From an uncultured Desulfobacterales bacterium (GTDB lineage: Bacteria > Desulfobacterota > DSM-4660 > Desulfatiglandales > JALVZP01): a stretch of DNA of 64,000 nt. Shown here piece after piece: positions 9,107-19,264 of the stretch (the stretch's first letter is position 1; every line of letters begins with the position of its first letter). The notes beneath the pieces are model-generated. The model saw only the letters and a list, made by a program, of their open reading frames with translations. It searched no databases and was not told the DNA's origin. Made by a program: the position numbers and the translations under genes. The stretch lies in NCBI GenBank assembly GCA_964513995.1, contig CAZEOQ010000006.1, forward strand, positions 17,573 to 81,572. The letters are read 5' to 3'.

Positions 9107-11176
9107 ATGGAAAGGTTTATAAAAAGATTGTTCATAACAGCAATTCTATTCAGTATTTTCCTCCTTCCTCAATCAGGCTATTCCAGGACTATCCAGACAT
9201 CATGGGGAATATTTGATGTTCACGGTTTTATCTCCCAGGAGACCTCATGGGGACTTGGATCTCCTCATGACTTCCACAACATAAGTGATCTGTTTACTAT
9301 GCAGTTAGAGGTAGGTTTTACTCCAAGTGGAGTATTAGGTCAGTATATGAGCTTTTATGGAATTATCAGATTCAGGGCAGACTGGGCATATGCAATAAAC
9401 AGAGGAAGTGACTGGTGGGATAAAGGTGGTGATGGACTGAAAGGATCTTACAGTTTTCATAAAAGAGAGCATCTTCATGAATTCAGCTGGGCATATGGAA
9501 GAGACAGGGATGAGGATCTTCCAAGAGAGCTATATGTGGACATATACCTTGGAAACTGGCAGTTCAGAATAGGAAAACAGCAGGTCGTATGGGGTGAGTC
9601 AGATGGAATAAGACTTATGGACTGCATAAATCCACTGGATATTCAATTCCAGGGATGGTTCTATGATTCAGACGAAGGATATGAAAACAGCCGTATTCCA
9701 CTTTGGCTGATTAAAGCAGAATACTTCTTCCCAAATGAGTGGTTTGGTGGTCTTATAAGAGATCACTCAATTGAGTTTATCATTAATCCAGGTGATAATG
9801 AAGTGGATAGATTTAACATTGGAGGTGGTTGGAGAGGAATTTCTGCTGGAAAATACATATACGATAAGGCAGCACATAAAGTAATATTTACTGGAAAGCA
9901 GAAATATGTAACTACTCATGGTGATTATGCAAATCAGGGTGGACCATGGGCATTCCTTTTCCCATGGCTTCCACAGTTCTCACAAGTTTGGCCTCGTGAT
10001 ACAAAGAAAAGGGGTCATATGGAATTTGCAGTAAGATTTAAGTTTAACATCCACGACTGGTATATTACACTTAATGGATTCTACGGATACCAGAGGTTCT
10101 ATATACTGAAGTGGCGTGGTTTTACATTCCGTCCAGCATTTCGGAATGGTCAGCTGAATGTTAGAGAAGATGAACTTGATGCACTTGATGCTCTTGGTAG
10201 ATTTATGCAGGCAAATGGAAAAGGACACCTTACAACACCTATCACAGTTAACGGAAAGACATACATTGTGCCAAAGAGATTACTTGAAGACTTCCTGAAT
10301 GGTGCATTTCCTAAGAGTGCCAAGTATACTCATGCATGGGGTGGATATACAGATCCATATATGAATCCGCGTATTATGCAGTTAGATGTTGACTGGTATT
10401 ATCCAAGGATGCAGCTTGTAGGATTTACGGTAAATAAAAGTATGTGGTGGTTCAGATGGAGAAATACATCTCCAGTCCTGAGGATTGAAGCTCAGTATGA
10501 GTTTGGTAAGACATATTGTGCAGACAGACATCATCATCTTGTCTTTGATCCAAGAAAGGGATTTGAAGGACTGGAATGGTCAGGCTTTCCTGAATACCTG
10601 AACTATGTCCTTGGTTACACAGATCATCCATTTGACGGATTTGCTGAAAGAGGAATTGTTCGCAAAGATGAACTCAGGTATATGATTGGTTATGACTGGC
10701 CAATATGGATCTACTGGCTCAATCCACATCAGAACTTCTTTACAAGCTTCCAGTTCTTCCACTTCAGAGTAATCAATTATCATGATGAGGCACTTGTAAG
10801 AGATCCAATGGTATTTAACAGAAGAGTCGTCAATGTATCACTTGTTGAATTTGCACATAATCCAAACATACTCAACAAATACATAGATCCTTGGAAGATA
10901 CCAAGAGACAGGTTCTATGTAACATATCTTGTAGAAGGTAAATATGACCATCAGAGGATTAAGCCAAAGATCCTCTATGTGCACGATCTTACTGAGGACT
11001 GCTTCTGGATTAAAGCAAAGATAAAGTTTGAATATGGAGATAAGTGGAGGGAAGAGATAGGATGGTTAGGAATATTTGCTGATCCTGATGCTGATTTTCA
11101 CGGAACAGGTAAGTCCTTTGGAATCTTATCTCACAACGACATGTTCTGGTTTAAGATAACAAGACAGTTTAACTAA
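9107..11176 (+). CDS. DUF1302 family outer-membrane beta-barrel protein
   Basis: Signal peptide; FRIGKQQVVWGESDGIRLMD matches the DUF1302 signature (GRQvvsWGES). The sequence is aromatic-rich with alternating strands throughout. Confidence 0.7.
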   Translation: MERFIKRLFITAILFSIFLLPQSGYSRTIQTSWGIFDVHGFISQETSWGLGSPHDFHNISDLFTMQLEVGFTPSGVLGQYMSFYGIIRFRADWAYAINRGSDWWDKGGDGLKGSYSFHKREHLHEFSWAYGRDRDEDLPRELYVDIYLGNWQFRIGKQQVVWGESDGIRLMDCINPLDIQFQGWFYDSDEGYENSRIPLWLIKAEYFFPNEWFGGLIRDHSIEFIINPGDNEVDRFNIGGGWRGISAGKYIYDKAAHKVIFTGKQKYVTTHGDYANQGGPWAFLFPWLPQFSQVWPRDTKKRGHMEFAVRFKFNIHDWYITLNGFYGYQRFYILKWRGFTFRPAFRNGQLNVREDELDALDALGRFMQANGKGHLTTPITVNGKTYIVPKRLLEDFLNGAFPKSAKYTHAWGGYTDPYMNPRIMQLDVDWYYPRMQLVGFTVNKSMWWFRWRNTSPVLRIEAQYEFGKTYCADRHHHLVFDPRKGFEGLEWSGFPEYLNYVLGYTDHPFDGFAERGIVRKDELRYMIGYDWPIWIYWLNPHQNFFTSFQFFHFRVINYHDEALVRDPMVFNRRVVNVSLVEFAHNPNILNKYIDPWKIPRDRFYVTYLVEGKYDHQRIKPKILYVHDLTEDCFWIKAKIKFEYGDKWREEIGWLGIFADPDADFHGTGKSFGILSHNDMFWFKITRQFN

Positions 11177-11190
11177 TTCTTCTTGGACAG

Positions 11191-11228
11191 ATCCCCCACC
11201 AACCTTCTGGTGGGGGATTGAATTTTTT
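11191..11228 (+). terminator. terminator/attenuator hairpin abutting the next start codon
   Basis: ATCCCCCACCA (11191-11201) / TGGTGGGGGAT (11208-11218), then TGAATTTTTT. The 3' arm contains the only SD-like GGGGGA for the ATG at 11229. Confidence 0.6.
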
Positions 11229-12152
11229 ATGATTCAGGTAGAGCATCTTACAAAGAGATATGGAGATATTGTTGCAGTAAATGACATCTCTTTTTCTGTT
11301 CAAAAAGGAGACATAGTTGGTTTTCTTGGACCAAATGGTGCAGGAAAGACAACGACAATGAGGATAATTACGGGCTGTCTTTCTGCTGATTCTGGAAGAG
11401 TTATTGTAGGAGGATATGACATACTTAAAGATCCAAATGAAGCAAAAAGGCTTATAGGATACCTTCCAGAGCATCCACCACTTTATGATGAGATGACAGT
11501 AAGCTCATATCTTGACTATGTTGCAGATCTGAAGGATGTTCCAAAAAAAAGAAAAAAGCTTCTGAAAGATATGGCAGTTCATGAATGTGGACTTGAAAAG
11601 GTTTATGGAAGGCTTATAAAGCATCTTTCTAAGGGATACAGACAGAGGGTAGGGATTGCTCAGGCAATTATAAATGATCCAGAAATCCTTATCCTTGACG
11701 AACCAACAATTGGTCTTGATCCAAGACAGGTAAAAGAGATAAGGGAGCTTATAAAGAGTCTTACAGGAAAAAGGACAGTAATCCTCAGCACTCATATCAT
11801 ATATGAGGTTACTATGATCTGTCAGAAGGTTATAATAATCAATGAAGGAAAGATTGCAGCAATGGGAAGTCTGGATTCTCTTACTTCAGAGATAGGAAAA
11901 AAAAGAAGGCTTTTTCTTAAAGTAAAAGAAAAGGATAGGGCAGAGAGGAAACTTAAAGAAATTCCTGAGATTGGAAGTCTTGTAAAGGATAGAGATTATT
12001 TCTTGATAGAATATGAGACAGATGAGGATGAAGTCTGTGAAAAGATATCTCAGAAGATGATGGAGGCAAAGATACCTATACTTGAGCTAAGACCAGAAAG
12101 GATAAGTCTGGAGGATATATTTGTCAAAGTGGTTACAAAGGATAATAGATGA
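11229..12152 (+). CDS. ABC transporter ATP-binding protein (ABC-2/GldA-like), copy 1
   Basis: Walker A GPNGAGKTT, signature LSKGYRQR, Walker B ILILDEPT. Confidence 0.9.
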   Translation: MIQVEHLTKRYGDIVAVNDISFSVQKGDIVGFLGPNGAGKTTTMRIITGCLSADSGRVIVGGYDILKDPNEAKRLIGYLPEHPPLYDEMTVSSYLDYVADLKDVPKKRKKLLKDMAVHECGLEKVYGRLIKHLSKGYRQRVGIAQAIINDPEILILDEPTIGLDPRQVKEIRELIKSLTGKRTVILSTHIIYEVTMICQKVIIINEGKIAAMGSLDSLTSEIGKKRRLFLKVKEKDRAERKLKEIPEIGSLVKDRDYFLIEYETDEDEVCEKISQKMMEAKIPILELRPERISLEDIFVKVVTKDNR

Positions 12153-12916
12153 GAAAGATATGGATAATTGCATGGAAGGAGTTAAGGACCTATTTTGTTC
12201 TTCCAAGTGCATATTTAACATGTATTGTCTTCATTCTCTTTTCTGGGATTTTCTTTTATAACAGACTTGCTATATTCTTCCTTTCAAAACTCCAACCTAT
12301 CCCATGGGAGGAACTTGAAAAGGAAAGAGATCTTACTCATATGATAACACAACCATATCTTCACAGCCTCAGCATCCTTTATCTCCTTATACCTGTTATA
12401 ACAATGAGACTTTTTGCAGAAGAAAGAAGGCTTAAAACAGATGAACTCCTTTATTCATCTCCTATATCTTCATGGCAGATAGTTCTTGGAAAGTATCTTG
12501 CTTCAGTTATCCTTTTTTCAATCCTTCTTATATTCACAGTCCAGCATGTGATCTTTTTATGTCTTTTTGGAAATCCAGATATAGGTCCAATTATTACTGG
12601 TTACATAGGACTTTTTCTTGTTGGTCTTTCCTATCTCTCAATTGGTCTTTTCTGCTCATCTCTTACAGATAATCAGATAATTGCAGCAATAGTAACATTT
12701 GGCGTTATATGTTTTTTCTGGATGATAGGGCTTGCTCAGTATATAATAGCAAATCCAGCTGTTGTAGGAGTGCTGAAATACTTTTCTCTCCAAGAACACT
12801 TCCATACATTTACAAAAGGACTTATTGAACTGAAAGATGTGGTATATGTCTTGAGCTTCTCGTTCTTTGGACTCTTTCTCACCTATCAGTCAATAGAATC
12901 AAGACGCTGGAGATAG
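12149..12916 (+). CDS. ABC-2 type permease (GldF-like), copy 1
   Basis: Six hydrophobic helices; RLFAEERRLKTDELLYSSP motif typical of ABC-2 permeases; ATGA overlap with the upstream ATPase gene. Confidence 0.8.
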   Translation: MRKIWIIAWKELRTYFVLPSAYLTCIVFILFSGIFFYNRLAIFFLSKLQPIPWEELEKERDLTHMITQPYLHSLSILYLLIPVITMRLFAEERRLKTDELLYSSPISSWQIVLGKYLASVILFSILLIFTVQHVIFLCLFGNPDIGPIITGYIGLFLVGLSYLSIGLFCSSLTDNQIIAAIVTFGVICFFWMIGLAQYIIANPAVVGVLKYFSLQEHFHTFTKGLIELKDVVYVLSFSFFGLFLTYQSIESRRWR

Positions 12917-12918
12917 AC

Positions 12919-14259
12919 ATGCTAAGACTCCAATATGAAACAAGAATGACGGTATCTATTATCGTAACTCTTCTCTGTTTGATATTCATAAACATACTGG
13001 CAATTCAGTTTAACAGAAGGATAGATCTTACAAGAAAAAAAGTTTTTACTCTTTCTCCCCATACCTTAAAAGTCCTTTCTCTGCTTAAGAAAAAAATAAA
13101 AGGAAAAATAAAAATGATAGCTTTTTATGAAACAGGATATCCTGACAGAGAAGAGATAGAAGATCTTTTAAGCTGTTATAAACTTGCTGCAAAAGATATC
13201 CTGGATATAAAGATCGTTGATCCTGACAAAAATCCTGGACTTGCAAGAAAATATGACCTTAGAGTATATGGCGTAACTGTAGTTGAACATGGAAATAAGG
13301 CTATAAGAGTTACAGGCGTATCTGAAGAAAAGATTACAAATGCCTTGATAAGGATTCTTGAAGAACAGGGAAAGGTTATATACTTTACTCAAGGGCACGG
13401 AGAAGGGACTTTGGACGGTTTTACAAAAGCAGATTATTTGAGTGCTGTTCGTGCTTTGGAAAATGAGGGATATATCGTAAGGGAGTTAAAACTATATGAA
13501 ACTGGATTAATACCTGAAGACTGTTCGGTCCTTGTAGTTGCAGGTCCTAAGAAAGATCTCTTTGAAAGAGAGGTCCAGATAATTGATGAATACTTGAAAA
13601 AAGGAGGATCTGTCCTTTTTATGCTTGATCCTGGACATTGCGACGACCTTGTTGAGTATTTTAAAAAATGGGGAGTTGATCTTGGAAAAAATGAGATCGT
13701 AGATCCTGTTTCAAAACTTTTTGGTGGAGATCTCACGATGCCAGTTATAACTAACTTTAACTGGAGTCATGAGATTACAAGAGATTTTGATCTTCCTGTC
13801 CTTTTTCCTGGATCAAGGACTGTTTTTCCACTTAAGGACATAAAAAACAGAAATCTAAAAGTAGCAGAACTGACTTATACTAATCCAAACTGTGGAGCAG
13901 AAGTTGATTTTAAGGACAGAAGATTTATATACGATCCAGGAAAAGACCTGAAAGGAAGGCTTACGAATGCTGTTGCCGTTTCTTGTGGAAAGACAAGGAT
14001 TGTTATTGTAGGAGATTCTGATTTTGCAACAAATGCAGCAATAAGATTTTCTGGAAACAGAGACTTTTTTGTAAACATAATAAACTGGCTTGCAAGAAAA
14101 GAAGAGTTTATATCCATAAGACCAAGGGTAGTAGAAGCAGGGAATTTAGCAGTTACGCAACACGAAGGAAATATTCATTTCTTTTTAAGCATGATTCTTC
14201 TTCCTTTTATAATTGCTCTTATAGGAGCTTCTGTATGGCTCAGAAGAAGGACACTTTGA
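12919..14259 (+). CDS. GldG-like ABC-transport auxiliary protein, copy 1
   Basis: N- and C-terminal TM helices flank a large soluble domain. The IVGDSDFATN motif and its position after an ABC-2 pair match the GldG / ABC_transp_aux family. Confidence 0.7.
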   Translation: MLRLQYETRMTVSIIVTLLCLIFINILAIQFNRRIDLTRKKVFTLSPHTLKVLSLLKKKIKGKIKMIAFYETGYPDREEIEDLLSCYKLAAKDILDIKIVDPDKNPGLARKYDLRVYGVTVVEHGNKAIRVTGVSEEKITNALIRILEEQGKVIYFTQGHGEGTLDGFTKADYLSAVRALENEGYIVRELKLYETGLIPEDCSVLVVAGPKKDLFEREVQIIDEYLKKGGSVLFMLDPGHCDDLVEYFKKWGVDLGKNEIVDPVSKLFGGDLTMPVITNFNWSHEITRDFDLPVLFPGSRTVFPLKDIKNRNLKVAELTYTNPNCGAEVDFKDRRFIYDPGKDLKGRLTNAVAVSCGKTRIVIVGDSDFATNAAIRFSGNRDFFVNIINWLARKEEFISIRPRVVEAGNLAVTQHEGNIHFFLSMILLPFIIALIGASVWLRRRTL

Positions 14260-15197
14260 TGATAGAAGCAATAGGACTTACAAAATACTTTGATTCTTTT
14301 AAAGCAATAGAAGATATAACATTTAATGTAGAAAAAGGAGAAATAGTAGGATTTATTGGACCTAATGGTTCAGGAAAGACAACTACTATGAGGATACTCA
14401 CCTGCTTTATGCCTCCTTCTAAAGGGACTGCAAGGATAGCAGGGTATGATATACTTGAAAATTCATTAGAAGTAAGAAGACATATTGGATACATGCCAGA
14501 AGGTGCTCCACTTTATACAAACCTTCCTGTAGAGACATATCTTGAATTTGTAGCAGAAATGAAAGGAATGGAACATTCAGAGATAAAAAAAAGAATAGGA
14601 GAAGTTATGGAAATTTGTGGAATAGCTCATGTGGCAAAAAGATTTATAGAAAACCTTTCAAAAGGATATCGTCAGAGAGTATGTCTTGCTCAGACAATTC
14701 TGAACGATCCAGAAGTCCTTATATTAGATGAACCAACAATAGGACTTGATCCAAAGCAGGTTGTAGAAGTAAGGAATCTCATAAAGGAACTATCAGGACA
14801 GAGGACAGTTCTTTTAAGTTCTCATATTCTTTCAGAAATAAGTATGATATGTGATAGGGTGATTATAATAAACAGAGGGAAGGTGGTTGCTGAGGATACA
14901 ATTGATAATCTTGCAAAAAAAGCTCAGGAAGAAAGACAGTTGATTCTTAAAGTAAAAGCACCAGAAGAAAAGATAGATTTGATGTTAAAGGATCTTGGAG
15001 CAAAGATCTTGTCTAAGGAACTTGATAAAGATGAAGGGAATGATGTCTTGAGATACAGGATTGAGACAAAGGAAGATTTAAGGGATGTTATTTCAGAAAA
15101 GGTAATAGAGAATAATTGGAAGCTTTTGGAAATTGGTCTGAAAAAGATGAGTCTTGAGGAGATATATCTGAAACTTATAGGAGAAGAAAAAAGATGA
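14259..15197 (+). CDS. ABC transporter ATP-binding protein (ABC-2/GldA-like), copy 2
   Basis: GPNGSGKTT, LSKGYRQR, VLILDEPT. Start at ATG 14259, overlapping stop TGA 14257-14259 (TGATG). Confidence 0.9.
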   Translation: MIEAIGLTKYFDSFKAIEDITFNVEKGEIVGFIGPNGSGKTTTMRILTCFMPPSKGTARIAGYDILENSLEVRRHIGYMPEGAPLYTNLPVETYLEFVAEMKGMEHSEIKKRIGEVMEICGIAHVAKRFIENLSKGYRQRVCLAQTILNDPEVLILDEPTIGLDPKQVVEVRNLIKELSGQRTVLLSSHILSEISMICDRVIIINRGKVVAEDTIDNLAKKAQEERQLILKVKAPEEKIDLMLKDLGAKILSKELDKDEGNDVLRYRIETKEDLRDVISEKVIENNWKLLEIGLKKMSLEEIYLKLIGEEKR

Positions 15198-15946
15198 GAA
15201 GATTTTTTACATTAGTAAAAAAGGAGTTTCACATATATGTTAATTCCTTTATCCTTTACGCAGTAACAACGATATTTCTTCTTCTTTCAGGCTACTTCTT
15301 TTTTACTGCAGTTATCCGCTTTGATACATTTCTTATAGTAGAAGGGATAAGTGTAGAAGAGGGACTGTTTAGACAGTTTTTCTTAGATATGGTCCACATA
15401 ATCTGTCTTACAATTCCTCTTCTTACAATGAGACTTTTTGCAGAAGAGAAGAAAACAGGAACAATTGAGCTTCTTTTGACCTATCCTGTAAAAGACATGG
15501 AGATCATCCTCGCAAAATATATAACATGCCTTATCCTGTTTGCAGGAATGCTTTTGATGACAGCTGTTTATCCAGTTGTTATTTCAAAAATATGGAAACT
15601 CAATGTAAAAGTTATACTTTCAGGATACTTGGGACTCTTTCTTGTTGGAAGCTCATTTATATCCATAGGACTTCTTATCTCCTCCTTTACAAAGGATCAG
15701 ATAACAGCAGCAATGGTAACATTCGGTATATGTCTTTTTTTTCTGAGTATAGCATTTAATGCAGGATGGGCAGGTTATACAGGACAAAAGATACTCGTTC
15801 ATCTTTCTTTTTTAGAACATGCAGATAAATTTGGAAAAGGTGTGATAGATACAGCATCTGTATTTCACTGTCTTATATTCACTATATGTTTCATCCTTTT
15901 TACTCGTGAATCTTTAAGATCCAGATATTGGAGAGGCTTAAGATGA
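15194..15946 (+). CDS. ABC-2 type permease (GldF-like), copy 2
   Basis: Paralog of 12149-12916 (RLFAEEKKTGTIELLLTYP); ATGA overlap with the upstream gene. Confidence 0.8.
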   Translation: MRRFFTLVKKEFHIYVNSFILYAVTTIFLLLSGYFFFTAVIRFDTFLIVEGISVEEGLFRQFFLDMVHIICLTIPLLTMRLFAEEKKTGTIELLLTYPVKDMEIILAKYITCLILFAGMLLMTAVYPVVISKIWKLNVKVILSGYLGLFLVGSSFISIGLLISSFTKDQITAAMVTFGICLFFLSIAFNAGWAGYTGQKILVHLSFLEHADKFGKGVIDTASVFHCLIFTICFILFTRESLRSRYWRGLR

Positions 15947-17271
15947 TAGGAAGAAGAGAAAAACAGTGGATGATCTTAGGAGGAAAGATATTTCTGATAA
16001 TAGCAGTTGCGTTTATTCTTGAATATATTTCCTTAGCTCATAATGTAAGATTTAACCTTTCAGGAAGTTTAAAGTATGAACTTTCAGAAAGGACAAAGAA
16101 GGTTTTAAGTTCTCTGAAAGATAAAGTTACTATTATATATTTTGGACCAAGGAATATGCCAGAAACAGAACTCATAAGAAAGATGCTTGATCTTTACAGT
16201 ATGTGTTCGGATATGGTGGAATGCAAGGTAGTTGATCCAAAAAGAAATCCAAGCCTTGCAAAAAGATACAACATCTCACCAGAGGACAAAATTGCAGTTG
16301 TTGAATACAAAGGAAGGATAAAGAAAGTGATAGTAGGTTCTGAAGAAGATCTTACTAATGCAATATTAAGGCTTACTTCAAACAAAATGAAGGTATATTT
16401 TCTTATAAGAGATGGAGAATATAATCCATTTGATCCAACAGGTTCATATAGCCAGGTTGTTGATATACTAAAAGACGAAAACTATGTCGTAAAGGAGTTA
16501 AAGTGGAGGCATAAGCAAAAAGAGATTCCTGAGGATGCTGATCTTGTAATTATCTGGAGACCAAAGAAGGAATTTTCAGATGAGGAAATAAGTCTTCTTG
16601 AGAATTATCTGAAAGATGGAGGAAGGATACTTTTTATGATTGAACCTTTTAGTGTCATGTCTCTAAATTCTTTTTTAAATAAATTTGGCATTGCAATCAA
16701 AGATGACATCGTGGTAGACAGTTCAAGCAGGCTTATAGGTGGAGATATGTTTATGCCTATGATATTTCCAAATACAAAGCATCCTATTGTAGCTCATCTT
16801 GGCTTTCCTGTTATGCTTCCAATGGTAAGACCTATTCATATACTGAAGAAATCTGAGGATCTTAAAATTATACTAAAAACAAATCCTGAAAGCTGGACAA
16901 TAAGTGAAAAAAGGTATAACAGCTGGAAATTTGAATATAAGGAAGGAGAAGGGATAAGAGGACAGGTTCCTGTAGCAGTAAGTTTTGAAGGAAAAAAAGG
17001 AAAGATGATACTTATTGGATGTGCTGATTTTGCAATGAATTCCTACTTAAATCTTCCAGGAGTTGATAATAAAGGACTTTTTATAAATCTTGTTGAATGG
17101 TTGTGTAGGGGTGAAAAATTCCTTGCTGAAAGAAAGGTTCAAAGATACAGCTATAGGTCCTTAAGGGAAAATGAGAGAAAGGAACTTCTGTGTATAGTAG
17201 CAGGTATGCCTGCTTTTGTATTTTTTGCAGGAATTGCGATATACTTCAGGATAAAAAGGCTCAGGGTTTAA
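15943..17271 (+). CDS. GldG-like ABC-transport auxiliary protein, copy 2
   Basis: Paralog of 12919-14259 (LIGCADFAMNSY, terminal TM helices). Start ATG 15943 overlaps stop 15944-15946. Confidence 0.7.
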   Translation: MIGRREKQWMILGGKIFLIIAVAFILEYISLAHNVRFNLSGSLKYELSERTKKVLSSLKDKVTIIYFGPRNMPETELIRKMLDLYSMCSDMVECKVVDPKRNPSLAKRYNISPEDKIAVVEYKGRIKKVIVGSEEDLTNAILRLTSNKMKVYFLIRDGEYNPFDPTGSYSQVVDILKDENYVVKELKWRHKQKEIPEDADLVIIWRPKKEFSDEEISLLENYLKDGGRILFMIEPFSVMSLNSFLNKFGIAIKDDIVVDSSSRLIGGDMFMPMIFPNTKHPIVAHLGFPVMLPMVRPIHILKKSEDLKIILKTNPESWTISEKRYNSWKFEYKEGEGIRGQVPVAVSFEGKKGKMILIGCADFAMNSYLNLPGVDNKGLFINLVEWLCRGEKFLAERKVQRYSYRSLRENERKELLCIVAGMPAFVFFAGIAIYFRIKRLRV

Positions 17272-17272
17272 A

Positions 17273-19264
17273 ATGAAAAAAGTCTTAATTTTTCTGGTTT
17301 CTTCTGTTTTCTTAGGTTTAATAACCATAAAAAACACTGCTCTTTTTCATCACATAACCTCTCTTTATACTGATCCTTTTTTTGAAATATCCTTAGTCAA
17401 ATCTCCCAAATTTATCCCAAAACTTTTTACTGATGATCTTTCTCTCTATACTAAAGGAGAATTTACTCCTCTTAGCTTCCTTGCAGTATCTATATTCAGA
17501 GCAATCTTTCCAGCTTCTCCTGAAGGATTTCACCTCCTTTCACTTACGGTTCATCTTCTGAATAGCTTACTTTTTTTTCTCATACTTAAAGAGCTCATAA
17601 ACCAGTTCTCTGCTTTTCTTATCTCCTTAACATTTTCCTTCTTCCCTTTTTCAATCATCCTTATAAATGATCCAAACAATTTTTCTATCCTCTTAGGCTC
17701 TTTCTTCTCTTTTTTCTGTATGCTTTTTTATCTCTATTACATAAAAAAAAGAAAAACTTCCTTTCTTCTTTTTTCAATACTTTCCTTTATCCTTTCCATA
17801 TTGACCTTTAAACCAGCCATATTTCTTCCTGTCTTTCTGACAACTTTCCACCATACAGAAAGATACGGAAAATTCGTCTTTGGTTTCCTTACTTATCTTT
17901 TTACAGCCATATTCTTTCTTTCTTATAAGATAAGCCTTTCTTTTTTGTTCATTGTTTCCCTTATCTTTGTCCTTATATTTATGACAAACACAATACCTGA
18001 AAGAAGAAAACTTTTTTCAATAACACTCAGTATAATTCCATTTCTAGTTATAATCCTTTTCTGGTATCTCATTTCTCTCCATATCGGAATAAAACCAGTA
18101 TTTCAGTATCCAATTCAAAAAATAGAAGAAGCTCATCTCCTTGATCCATTCAAATTTTCCTACATATGGAAGACCCTTCTTAGAAAACAAGGACTTTATG
18201 TATTTTTTATCCTTACGATCCTCATATTTCCTTTTTTGACAGGTGGAGAAAGATGGCAAAATACAATCCTGATTATATTCCTTGGATTGTTTGTTATATT
18301 TTCTGTAAAGATAAGCTCGTTTTACAGGAATGATCTATCTTATTGGGAAAATATGTATGAGGGAAGAAGAGAACCTATTGTTGGAGTAAATCTTGCTCAG
18401 GCTTATATAAAAGAGGATAGACTTGATGATGCAAAAAGGATCCTTTTTAAGATAAAATATGAAACAGAAGATGTCCCTCCTCTTCTGGAAGACACAGTAA
18501 ATGTAGAGCTTGGAATAATTTACAAGAAACTGGGGAAAATAAAAGTTTCAGCTTATTATTTTCTGCAAAAGCCAAAAGGAGCACTTCCTGGAGCAAGCAA
18601 GATTGCAAAATGGAGGCTTATTCCAATAGGAGACTTTCTTTTTGATCTTGGATACTTAAGCTATGCAGAAAACTATTATGCAAGTGCCCTTGTCCTTGAT
18701 CCGTATGATATGGACATATATAAAAAACTTGGAAAAGTCCTTGTTTACAAAAACTTCTTTAGGGCATCCATAAGATATTTTGAAAAAGTCCTAAGCTACA
18801 ATCCTTATGACAGGGAAGCTATATACTATGCAATGTTTGCAAGCTATGTAATAAAAGACAAAGAAAGATATGAAAGGTATCTGAGGATGTGGAAAAGGAT
18901 TGAAAAAAAAGGACCTGATTTCAGGAAGATATACGAAAAGTTTGAAGGCTTTAAAAAAGAGGTAAGGGATCTTATTTCTGAAGACCCAATAGTCCTTTTC
19001 TATACAGGAAGGACAGATAAGGTGTATGTCTATAGGCTAAAAGGAAAGATTTATAAATTCTGGGAAGTTCCTTTTGAGGTAGGAAAGTATTTTTATGAAG
19101 AAGGGAAATATGATGTGGCAATTGAATGGCTTTCATATGCCTATGAGCTGAGTGGAGCAAGACAGCCTTTAGAATATCTAAAAATGGCTCAGCAAAAGAG
19201 GTTTATTCCTACAGAAAAAGAACTCTTAAATGTATTTAGAAAAGAAAGGAGGGAAGGATTTTGA
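17273..19264 (+). CDS. TMTC-like multi-TM + TPR protein (putative GT-C fold glycosyltransferase)
   Basis: About 11 TM helices. The motif FTPLSFLAVSIFRAIFPASPEGFHLLSLTVHLLNSLLFF resembles the YRPL..fHl.N..lH signature of TMTC/DUF1736-type proteins. The C-terminal ~300 aa contain TPR-like repeats. Confidence 0.55.
   Translation: MKKVLIFLVSSVFLGLITIKNTALFHHITSLYTDPFFEISLVKSPKFIPKLFTDDLSLYTKGEFTPLSFLAVSIFRAIFPASPEGFHLLSLTVHLLNSLLFFLILKELINQFSAFLISLTFSFFPFSIILINDPNNFSILLGSFFSFFCMLFYLYYIKKRKTSFLLFSILSFILSILTFKPAIFLPVFLTTFHHTERYGKFVFGFLTYLFTAIFFLSYKISLSFLFIVSLIFVLIFMTNTIPERRKLFSITLSIIPFLVIILFWYLISLHIGIKPVFQYPIQKIEEAHLLDPFKFSYIWKTLLRKQGLYVFFILTILIFPFLTGGERWQNTILIIFLGLFVIFSVKISSFYRNDLSYWENMYEGRREPIVGVNLAQAYIKEDRLDDAKRILFKIKYETEDVPPLLEDTVNVELGIIYKKLGKIKVSAYYFLQKPKGALPGASKIAKWRLIPIGDFLFDLGYLSYAENYYASALVLDPYDMDIYKKLGKVLVYKNFFRASIRYFEKVLSYNPYDREAIYYAMFASYVIKDKERYERYLRMWKRIEKKGPDFRKIYEKFEGFKKEVRDLISEDPIVLFYTGRTDKVYVYRLKGKIYKFWEVPFEVGKYFYEEGKYDVAIEWLSYAYELSGARQPLEYLKMAQQKRFIPTEKELLNVFRKERREGF

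Noticed and set aside
12472-12672. Same-strand alternative-frame ORFs inside the permease genes (12472-12672, 15526-15759) and inside menD (29181-29432)
   Set aside because: They are short, embedded in well-supported genes in another frame, and have neither SDs nor recognisable motifs.
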